Shown: positions 1-5,753 of the stretch, one piece after another | How the letters are laid out: the number at the start of each line of letters is the position of its first letter | Position numbering within the stretch: the stretch's first letter is position 1 | Source of the DNA: a virus | Lineage: Duplodnaviria > Caudoviricetes | Virus record (IMG/VR): IMGVR_UViG_3300010149_000159 | Coordinates: 1-25,242 of that record | Length of the DNA: 25,242 nt | Reading direction: 5' to 3' (one strand) | The notes under the pieces: generated by a model | What the model was told of the DNA's origin: nothing | The model's input: only the letters and a program-made list of their open reading frames with translations | Database searches by the model: none | Program-made: the position numbers and the translations under genes

Positions 1-830
1 CGGTTTATATCAAAGGCCCAATCTTTTAGTGGCCTATCCAGCTTATTATTTCTTTCCTGTGCAGCGTCTAAAATGAATGTTTCAACATCAGATTTTTTAG
101 CGCAATTAATTAGGTTAGAAATATCTTTAGGAAAACAAGTTCCACCAAAACCAAAATTCCCATTACAAGGAACCTTTGTATGGCTGGATGTTATTCTATC
201 ATCTATTAAAATACCATTTAAGGCTTCATTCCATCCGATGTGTTTTCCTTCAGCGATTTTGTAAAGCTCATTGAACAAGCTTACTTTGGTTGCTAAAACA
301 CTGTTTCGAGCTAACTTTATAAATTCAGATGTATTTGATTGAGTTAGAAAAACATTATCACTTTTAATTGCATTAGCTTCTTTAGCATTTGTAAGCGCAG
401 CTTTAATTGACGAATAAATTTCTAAATTGGTGTTATCAATTCCCAATACCCATGTATCTGTTTCGATAAAATCTACAGAAGCATTTGCTTCAGTTAGAAA
501 TTCAGGAAAATGATTTACGCCTAATTCCTTGCAAAAGCCAACTGGAGTTGTGGAGCGTATAAATGTTTTAGCTTTTTCTTCAGTTGAAAAATCAGCGATA
601 GCTTGTGAGATAAAATCTGTATGGCAATCACCCTCTTTATTCATTGGAGTTGGCAAACAAATAAATATTAAATCACAAGACCTAATATCATCCATTGTGC
701 AATTATGAGGATGCGATTTGTAATCTACACGATCATAGATAAAAACAGAATTTTTCTTGCAGGACAAGCCAGACGTAGCGTTTCCAACAAAACCATTTCC
801 CACTATTCCTAGCTTCAGTGCATTTCCCAT
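1..830 (-). CDS. ugd: UDP-glucose/GDP-mannose 6-dehydrogenase family protein (3' end runs off the window; missing from the ORF track)
   Basis: Manual translation from ATG at 830: MGNALKLGIVGNGFVGNA (Rossmann GxGxVG), FICLPTP, IRSTTPVG, FPEFLTE, EFIKLARN, and catalytic GFGGTCFPKD. The frame stays open to position 3. Confidence 0.92.
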   Translation of the reverse strand, partial: MGNALKLGIVGNGFVGNATSGLSCKKNSVFIYDRVDYKSHPHNCTMDDIRSCDLIFICLPTPMNKEGDCHTDFISQAIADFSTEEKAKTFIRSTTPVGFCKELGVNHFPEFLTEANASVDFIETDTWVLGIDNTNLEIYSSIKAALTNAKEANAIKSDNVFLTQSNTSEFIKLARNSVLATKVSLFNELYKIAEGKHIGWNEALNGILIDDRITSSHTKVPCNGNFGFGGTCFPKDISNLINCAKKSDVETFILDAAQERNNKLDRPLKDWAFDIN

Positions 831-837
831 TGTTTGG

Positions 838-874
838 ACTTTAATTTGGAGGAGCAAAATGTAAACAAAAAAAA
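838..874 (-). promoter_or_regulatory. Repeated sigma70-like promoter, copy 1 (TTTACA-16-TAAAGT), ATG 7 nt after the -10
   Basis: Minus strand reads TTTTTTTTGTTTACA ttttgctcctccaaat TAAAGT ccaaaca ATG. Same upstream element as four other copies. Confidence 0.65.
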
Positions 875-896
875 GGAGGGGCATTTCTGCCCCTCC
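867..896 (-). terminator. Intrinsic terminator after the DUF932-like gene
   Basis: GGAGGGGCA-GAAA-TGCCCCTCC followed by T8 on the minus strand. Confidence 0.9.
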
Positions 897-911
897 CGAG
901 GAGGTGGGTTT

Positions 912-1898
912 TTAGTTGGATACCAGCATGGCATCCTCCCAGTATTTGTTTCCAATGGCTAGGAGTTCTTCGCCATGATCCTTTTGGATATTTTTAAAAA
1001 AGCGAGATTTGTTTTGGCTCCCAGAACCGAATTCGGAACTTTCAAATTGCTTGCGGGTATTTTCCAAACCGCCAGCAGATTCATGAGTATAATAATCGGT
1101 TAAGCCGTTGAAACAATCAGCCATAGTTTCACCAGAGTTGCCTTTACCTTCTCGGTAGAGTTCGGTCATTCTGTTCATCACATTTACAGTTCGGCTTGAT
1201 ACCTTTTTATCAGCTTTATTTTCAAGCAAATGGCCGAGGTACATCCGTTGTGCATTATGTGATTGGCATTTAATTTGGCCCATGTGTTCAAGTGCCATTT
1301 GAAACTCAGCAGTTACGCCGATGTGTGCTTCAATCGCGTCAGTTAAATCCATCAGATTAGCATTGCGAGTGTGCTTTAATTTTACCTTGAAGTCAGATTT
1401 TTCTGCCATCGCAGCGTTGAAAGTGTTTTCGCAAACAACGCAGGTGATTCCTGTTTTTCCGATAACACCGAGTGTACCGCCATGCCCCCAACCGATATTT
1501 AGAAATGGATCATGTTCACGACCAGCAGCATTAAAAGAATCAGCAATTTTTACTGAAACAAATCCTAATGAACGATCAGCTACAGTTCCAATAGATTGAA
1601 TTACATGATGAGTTCCTTTTAAGGCTTCATCCAGCATATCCCAAATTTGTTCATTGCTGAATGGTTGGTATTTTTTAGAAACAGGTTTGCCAATCGGCAA
1701 ATTATCATCAGCAGCACTGATTTGGTAGCTGTCGGTTTCAATTACTGTTTCATCAGGAGCAGTATAAGTGAGCCGATTAAAATTTAGGTCATACATGATG
1801 CCTGAATTTTCTTTGGTTACAGTATCTACTACGTTTGTCAGGCCGTGCCATGCTTGGTTTAAGCCTGTTTGGATGTCGCGTTCTTGGATATTATGCAT
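912..1898 (-). CDS. DUF932 / phage-plasmid TIGR03299-like protein
   Basis: 328 aa with AWHGL near the N-terminus, VSKKYQPFSN, VVCENT, KHT and a DCFNGLTDYYTH segment, matching the family pattern as I recall it. Confidence 0.8.
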   Translation of the reverse strand: MHNIQERDIQTGLNQAWHGLTNVVDTVTKENSGIMYDLNFNRLTYTAPDETVIETDSYQISAADDNLPIGKPVSKKYQPFSNEQIWDMLDEALKGTHHVIQSIGTVADRSLGFVSVKIADSFNAAGREHDPFLNIGWGHGGTLGVIGKTGITCVVCENTFNAAMAEKSDFKVKLKHTRNANLMDLTDAIEAHIGVTAEFQMALEHMGQIKCQSHNAQRMYLGHLLENKADKKVSSRTVNVMNRMTELYREGKGNSGETMADCFNGLTDYYTHESAGGLENTRKQFESSEFGSGSQNKSRFFKNIQKDHGEELLAIGNKYWEDAMLVSN

Positions 1899-1906
1899 TG
1901 TATTAG

Positions 1907-1939
1907 TTAGTTAGTGTTTTTATTGATGCCGTTAAGCAT
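1907..1939 (-). other. Conserved 5' leader starting ATGCTTAACGGCA; here a 10-codon uORF (MLNGINKNTN*)
   Basis: The 13-mer is identical at 1927-1939, 2244-2256 and 3450-3462. This copy stops at TAA 1907-1909, 8 nt before the ATG at 1898. Confidence 0.6.
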
Positions 1940-1945
1940 GAGATT

Positions 1946-1986
1946 AATTTAAAATAAGTTCTTACTCTGTAAACAAAAAAGATAGA
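1946..1986 (-). promoter_or_regulatory. Repeated sigma70-like promoter, copy 2 (TTTACA-16-TAAATT)
   Basis: The 19-mer TCTATCTTTTTTGTTTACA is identical at 1968-1986, 2286-2304 and 3492-3510. The -10-like hexamer is at 1946-1951, 6 nt before the conserved leader. Confidence 0.8.
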
Positions 1987-1987
1987 T

Positions 1988-2010
1988 AAAAAGGGGAGGT
2001 TTCCCTCCCC
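1988..2010 (-). terminator. Intrinsic terminator
   Basis: GGGGAGG-GAAA-CCTCCCC followed by TTTTT on the minus strand. Confidence 0.88.
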
Positions 2011-2019
2011 CGATTTTAT

Positions 2020-2256
2020 TTAGGCATTTGCTTTATGGTTATTGAAAACAAATACCAACATTTTAACACGATTCCTTTTATTTTTTAGAACGTGTTTAGT
2101 TGCTTTAATATTTTCATAGTAAGGAATTAAGCCAGCCTCAAATTTATCAACAACTTTTTGCATTTCAGAAATTTGAAATAATAGGCTGTCGATTTCTTTT
2201 TTGTATTGTTCAGGTGTCATTTCGTTTTTTAGTTCAGTGTTAGTGCCGTTAAGCAT
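2020..2256 (-). CDS. Small hypothetical coiled-coil protein (true start may be the ATG at 2220, MTPEQ)
   Basis: 78 aa ORF flanked by its own promoter and terminator. The first 12 codons coincide with the conserved leader. Confidence 0.75.
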   Translation of the reverse strand: MLNGTNTELKNEMTPEQYKKEIDSLLFQISEMQKVVDKFEAGLIPYYENIKATKHVLKNKRNRVKMLVFVFNNHKANA

Positions 2257-2262
2257 AATAGG

Positions 2263-2304
2263 AATATAATCACAAACCGTTAGCGTGTAAACAAAAAAGA
2301 TAGA
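2263..2304 (-). promoter_or_regulatory. Repeated sigma70-like promoter, copy 3 (TTTACA-17-TATATT)
   Basis: -35 at 2286-2291, -10 at 2263-2268, 6 nt to ATGCTTAACGGCA. Confidence 0.85.
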
Positions 2305-2309
2305 TTTTT

Positions 2310-2699
2310 TTAAGAAGAATATTTTTCCTCTTCAAGTTCAGTTTGCTTTATGCAGAATTCTCTTTGTTCCTCTTTTGAAAGCCAAAAGAATAATCGTGTA
2401 TGCGTTTCCTTTAATTCATCTACAAGCAATTCCATCTCTGGAGAATAATTATCATGAACAAGCATATCATCTACTATTTTGCTCCTTTTACTTTCTAATT
2501 CAATGAAGCTTGGCTGATCTAAAACCTCATGGATTTTTTTATTAACAGCATTGATTAGTGATTTATCAACAGCGTGTCTTTTACCAGTTCCCATTTTTGT
2601 GAAAAATATTTCTACCTCTTCAAAGATTTTTTCTCTTAAAAGCCTGTCAGATTTTTCTTGTAGCTTTTCTCTGTATATTGTTTGTTTTTTCATCTTCAT
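2310..2699 (-). CDS. Hypothetical protein
   Basis: 129 aa charged, helical-looking ORF, co-oriented with its neighbours and filling the gap. Confidence 0.75.
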   Translation of the reverse strand: MKMKKQTIYREKLQEKSDRLLREKIFEEVEIFFTKMGTGKRHAVDKSLINAVNKKIHEVLDQPSFIELESKRSKIVDDMLVHDNYSPEMELLVDELKETHTRLFFWLSKEEQREFCIKQTELEEEKYSS

Positions 2700-2719
2700 T
2701 AGTTAGGTTAGTTTTTTGG

Positions 2720-2737
2720 GGGGAGGTTTCCCTCCCC
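2720..2737. repeat. Hairpin identical to the terminator stem at 1993-2010 but lacking a minus-strand U-tract
   Basis: ggggaggtttccctcccc occurs at both sites. Here the minus strand continues CCAAAAAAC. Confidence 0.85.
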
Positions 2738-2751
2738 GCAGTTTTTATCAG

Positions 2752-3123
2752 TTAGAGTTTTAGGCGGCGTTCGCGTGTTGCTTCCTTGTTTTGCACTTCT
2801 TCAAACGTAGCGTGATAAGTATCAGGGAACGGATGGCTTTGCATATGCTTGTCGTACTCCTTCCAAAGCTCGTCATCAATGTGATCGCGGAGGTTGTGTA
2901 TAGCGGAGACCTGAGAACTGAGGCTGTATTCCCTTGGCTCGTAGGAATCTTCAGGTGTGCAGTTTGAAATATCCTTTTGAAGTTTTTCTATTTCAACGCA
3001 AATGTCTTGTTGGAGGCGATGCGGCATATTTTTATTTTCTTCTTTCAACAAGCTGTTTAAAAGTGAATCGCTCATCGCTTGACGTAGCCAGTTAAGTTGT
3101 TCGTATGTGATTTCTATTTTCAT
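2752..3123 (-). CDS. Hypothetical protein
   Basis: 123 aa ORF preceded by the CTAACACTGAAC leader motif. Confidence 0.75.
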   Translation of the reverse strand: MKIEITYEQLNWLRQAMSDSLLNSLLKEENKNMPHRLQQDICVEIEKLQKDISNCTPEDSYEPREYSLSSQVSAIHNLRDHIDDELWKEYDKHMQSHPFPDTYHATFEEVQNKEATRERRLKL

Positions 3124-3162
3124 TTTAGTTTTTAGGTTCAGTGTTAGTTTTTTAATTATTTA

Positions 3163-3462
3163 TTAGGCGATATAAAATTCTTCTGGAAGAAGGAATTCGG
3201 TGACACTGATTTCAATGTTTTTGAAACCCTTTTTGGAGAACAGTTCCATCGCATCTTGGCGAACAATTTCTTCGTTCTCCCCTTTGGCTACGAATTGACC
3301 CTCTAGCCCATCTGCCTTGTATACAATCTCGAAGGTTGCAGCTTTAGGATTAAGGAAAGTTGTTCCGTTATTCTGTATTGTGCTTGAGTTGTAAGTGAAT
3401 ATTTCGTTGGTTGCGGTCATTGTCAGTTTTTTTTGTTCAGTGTTATTAGTGCCGTTAAGCAT
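3163..3462 (-). CDS. Hypothetical protein (true start may be the ATG at 3420, MTATNE)
   Basis: 99 aa ORF directly behind promoter copy 4. The N-terminal MLNGTN coincides with the conserved leader. Confidence 0.75.
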   Translation of the reverse strand: MLNGTNNTEQKKLTMTATNEIFTYNSSTIQNNGTTFLNPKAATFEIVYKADGLEGQFVAKGENEEIVRQDAMELFSKKGFKNIEISVTEFLLPEEFYIA

Positions 3463-3468
3463 AGATAG

Positions 3469-3510
3469 AATCTATACCTTATCGGCTAGGCTGTAAACAA
3501 AAAAGATAGA
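3469..3510 (-). promoter_or_regulatory. Repeated sigma70-like promoter, copy 4 (TTTACA-17-TAGATT)
   Basis: -35 at 3492-3497, -10 at 3469-3474, 6 nt to ATGCTTAACGGCA. Confidence 0.85.
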
Positions 3511-3528
3511 AAAAATGAAAAAAAAATT

Positions 3529-3557
3529 TTGACAGATTTGGAGTCTGAATTTAGATT
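3529..3557 (+). promoter_or_regulatory. Sigma70-like promoter TTGACA-17-TAGATT with upstream A-tracts
   Basis: Perfect TTGACA at 3529-3534, 17 nt spacer, TAGATT at 3552-3557, and A-rich UP-like sequence at 3498-3526. Confidence 0.85.
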
Positions 3558-3563
3558 CTAACC

Positions 3564-3630
3564 ACATCTTGGGTTAGATGTTAGTTATTAGTTATCAGTG
3601 TTAGGGGGGAGCGAGAAATCGCTCCCCTTT
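3564..3630 (+). ncRNA. Putative trans-acting small RNA (~70 nt) antisense to early-gene leaders
   Basis: Lies between the promoter and a terminator, with no plausible coding ORF. 5' hairpin ACATCT-TGGGTT-AGATGT (3564-3581). The unstructured core TAGTTATTAGTTATCAGTGTTAG (3582-3604) is complementary to six minus-strand leaders. Confidence 0.75.
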
Positions 3631-3636
3631 AGTTTT
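3606..3636 (+). terminator. Intrinsic terminator of the putative sRNA
   Basis: GGGGAGCGA-GAAA-TCGCTCCCC followed by TTTAGTTTT on the plus strand. There is no U-tract on the minus side. Confidence 0.85.
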
Positions 3637-3750
3637 CAAAAGGGCATATAAACATATTCGGGAAAAAAGAAAACGCCTTACAGGCGATTCTCAGGGCAAG
3701 CAATTTCAGTGTTTTTTCATGTTTTCACTGATTTAAAGAAAATTGTATAC

Positions 3751-3987
3751 TCATGGGAATTTATAGTGCTGAATTGGGTAAAATCCTCTAGGTGTATTGA
3801 TTTTAAATTTACGAGTTTCCAATTTATCATCTGCTGATAATTCCCTGCAAATTCTTCCTGCATGAGAATATGATACATCTTTTATTTTTGCTAAATCTCT
3901 AACTGTGAACCAGCCTTCTGGGACTTTCTCCGATTCATTAATAGATAAAAGTTTTTCTGCTATTTCTCTTGCTGTTTTTTTATCCAT
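3751..3987 (-). CDS. Small (winged) helix-turn-helix protein
   Basis: Start reassigned to the ATG at 3987, which overlaps the upstream stop (TAATG). FTVRDLAKIKDVSYSHAGRICREL is HTH-like. Confidence 0.65.
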   Translation of the reverse strand: MDKKTAREIAEKLLSINESEKVPEGWFTVRDLAKIKDVSYSHAGRICRELSADDKLETRKFKINTPRGFYPIQHYKFP

Positions 3988-4748
3988 TAAAATTCCTCCA
4001 TTCCTGTTGGCAGCAGCCATTTAGTTCCACATTTTCTAGCTATCCAAACATTTACAGATTCGCCCTTATAAACTCCAAATGCAAAAGCATTTTCCCAACC
4101 AGCAGTTGCTAATCTATTTTTTGCATAATCCATTTTAGAAAAATCTGCCATGCAACCTGCTGAATATCCGTGGCTTCCTCCTTGCCTTTTTCCTGTTTGA
4201 ATTTCTACTCTATGAAGATGCCCCATTATCACACTTCCACCCATAGCAGCATAATGTGTAGCGTGTTCTTTTACTGCGTTTGCATTTGCTGAATAGCCAT
4301 GTAGGAAAATTAGATTTCCATTTGCTTCTGAATGCAAACCTGTTTCTGCATGATATGGAATTAGTTTTGTTTTTAATTTTTTGCAGTATGTTTTAATTCT
4401 ATCTATGCAATTATCAGCAGCTAATCTCATCATCCCATTAGAATGACTTCCTGCAATTCTCCAAAGCCTATCTTCATGATTGCCTAATAAATAAACATCA
4501 GGTTCAAACTCTGTAAGAAATTGAAATCCATAAAAGAAATCTTCAGATAAATCATCAGCAGCAGCACTATCATCTGATGATATGCCAGAACGTAAACCTG
4601 CGAAATCGAAACAATCACCTAGATGAATCTTGAGATCAGGTTTCCATTGATCGCAAAATTTTATTAATGCTCTTAAAGATTTTTTACAACCTAAAGCACC
4701 ATGATTATCACCTACAGCAACAAATTTTTTCCATCCTGAATTAGCCAT
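3987..4748 (-). CDS. Calcineurin-like metallophosphoesterase
   Basis: All five motifs present: GDNHG, HLGDCFD, LGNHEDR, FLHG, GHLHR. Likely start is the ATG at 4748 (MANSGW); the ORF track extends it to 4784. Confidence 0.9.
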   Translation of the reverse strand: MANSGWKKFVAVGDNHGALGCKKSLRALIKFCDQWKPDLKIHLGDCFDFAGLRSGISSDDSAAADDLSEDFFYGFQFLTEFEPDVYLLGNHEDRLWRIAGSHSNGMMRLAADNCIDRIKTYCKKLKTKLIPYHAETGLHSEANGNLIFLHGYSANANAVKEHATHYAAMGGSVIMGHLHRVEIQTGKRQGGSHGYSAGCMADFSKMDYAKNRLATAGWENAFAFGVYKGESVNVWIARKCGTKWLLPTGMEEF

Positions 4749-4845
4749 TAAATACCATTCTCCAAAGAATGATATTAATAGCAATGATTACAGATAGAAA
4801 AGCTATGGGAACTAACGAAAAGAAAAAATAGATTAGATATTTCAT
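4741..4845 (-). CDS. 34 aa single-pass membrane peptide (not in ORF track)
   Basis: Manual translation MKYLIYFFFSLVPIAFLSVIIAINIILWRMVFNG*. It fills the gap and overlaps the next start. Confidence 0.55.
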   Translation of the reverse strand: MKYLIYFFFSLVPIAFLSVIIAINIILWRMVFNG

Positions 4846-4849
4846 GTTT

Positions 4850-5077
4850 TTAATTTTTAGGTAATGGCCCTGCTATCCAGCCTTCAGGCAAATGAACTTT
4901 ATTTTTGGATTTAATCCACTGACCATCTTTGCTGACATAAACTGTTCCTTTTACATCTGGCCCCAACCTAACTAAATCTGCTTGCGTATCTACAAAAACC
5001 ACCCTAGTCGTTCCGCAAGCTGTCCCTAACATGATCATCCCACCTACGCTTAATATCTTTAGGAGTATCTGCATCAC
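4850..5077 (-). CDS. Small lipoprotein, o-spanin (Rz1)-like candidate
   Basis: Hydrophobic N-region with lipobox-like LGTAC. Overlaps an upstream small ORF in another frame and sits next to holin-like genes. Confidence 0.6.
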   Translation of the reverse strand: MMQILLKILSVGGMIMLGTACGTTRVVFVDTQADLVRLGPDVKGTVYVSKDGQWIKSKNKVHLPEGWIAGPLPKN

Positions 5078-5153
5078 TCGCTACTTTATCTCTTTGGATT
5101 AATTTTGTTAAATGTTCAAGCAGAGCCTTAAAAAAGCTGACCAGAATTTGCAT
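5004..5153 (-). CDS. 49 aa protein overlapping the lipoprotein gene, i-spanin-like position (not in ORF track)
   Basis: Manual translation MQILVSFFKALLEHLTKLIQRDKVASDADTPKDIKRRWDDHVRDSLRND*. It starts 1 nt after the holin-like stop. Confidence 0.55.
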   Translation of the reverse strand: MQILVSFFKALLEHLTKLIQRDKVASDADTPKDIKRRWDDHVRDSLRND

Positions 5154-5154
5154 C

Positions 5155-5388
5155 CTAATCCTCTGCTTTTATTACTTCCTTTTTGATAGAACTTCTTCCA
5201 TAGGTATAGCCAACAGAAGTTAAAGCCATTCCAATAATAGCTGCAATTTTATCATAGAAATTAGTTCCATTATCAGGGTCAATCCATCCTCCAATAATGG
5301 CGATAGTAAGAATGCTTGATATGACAGCAAATGTAAATTCGCTTGTCAGAAATCCTTTAGTCAGTGCTTTCGTCTTTTTCTCGCTCAT
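5155..5388 (-). CDS. Holin-like protein, two transmembrane segments
   Basis: 77 aa: GFLTSEF, then two hydrophobic helices and a charged C-tail. Confidence 0.65.
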   Translation of the reverse strand: MSEKKTKALTKGFLTSEFTFAVISSILTIAIIGGWIDPDNGTNFYDKIAAIIGMALTSVGYTYGRSSIKKEVIKAED

Positions 5389-5527
5389 AATCTTGTTCTA
5401 ATATTTCGTAGTATTTCTTAAAGAATTCATTTCTTGCCTGAACCATAGCATACTGAACTATTAATATACAGGTAAAAACGACTCCAAATATAAGACCTAT
5501 AGCAAAGCTTAAAACATCTAAATTCAT
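5357..5527 (-). CDS. 56 aa membrane protein with N-terminal TM helix (not in ORF track)
   Basis: Manual translation MNLDVLSFAIGLIFGVVFTCILIVQYAMVQARNEFFKKYYEILEQDYEREKDESTD*. ATGA overlap with the upstream stop. Confidence 0.6.
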   Translation of the reverse strand: MNLDVLSFAIGLIFGVVFTCILIVQYAMVQARNEFFKKYYEILEQDYEREKDESTD

Positions 5528-5736
5528 TCTTCCAATAGTTTATCTATTTTTTCTTCAATCCGGTCTAGTCGAGTTATTAAATTAGATGTTTGCTCTTCTT
5601 GTCTAGCTAATTTTATCTCTGTATGAGTTAATCTTCTAGCTAAATCATCTATAGTAGATTGAATTCTTCTGAAAAAGAAACCACCAACTGCTACAGCTAT
5701 TCCAAAAAAAGCTGATAAAAAACTATTTAAATCCAT
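5524..5736 (-). CDS. Small membrane-anchored coiled-coil protein (holin/XhlA-like architecture)
   Basis: N-terminal TM helix followed by heptad repeats ending RLDRIEEKIDKLL. Confidence 0.65.
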   Translation of the reverse strand: MDLNSFLSAFFGIAVAVGGFFFRRIQSTIDDLARRLTHTEIKLARQEEQTSNLITRLDRIEEKIDKLLEE

Positions 5737-5753
5737 ATCAATCGCCCTTTACT

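Noticed and set aside
73-264. Plus-strand 63 aa ORF
   Set aside because: Antisense shadow of the UDP-glucose dehydrogenase gene, which has clear motifs on the minus strand.
1321-1599. Plus-strand 92 aa ORF
   Set aside because: Lies wholly antisense to the DUF932-like gene, with no promoter or motif support.
1927-3510. Repeats read as a CRISPR array or integron attC cassette array
   Set aside because: Spacing is irregular and gene-sized, the repeats have promoter geometry, and there are no cas or integrase genes or attC-like long palindromes.
3988-4020. N-terminal extension of the HTH ORF given in the track
   Set aside because: It overlaps the phosphoesterase 3' end; the ATG at 3987 with a TAATG overlap is the more plausible start.
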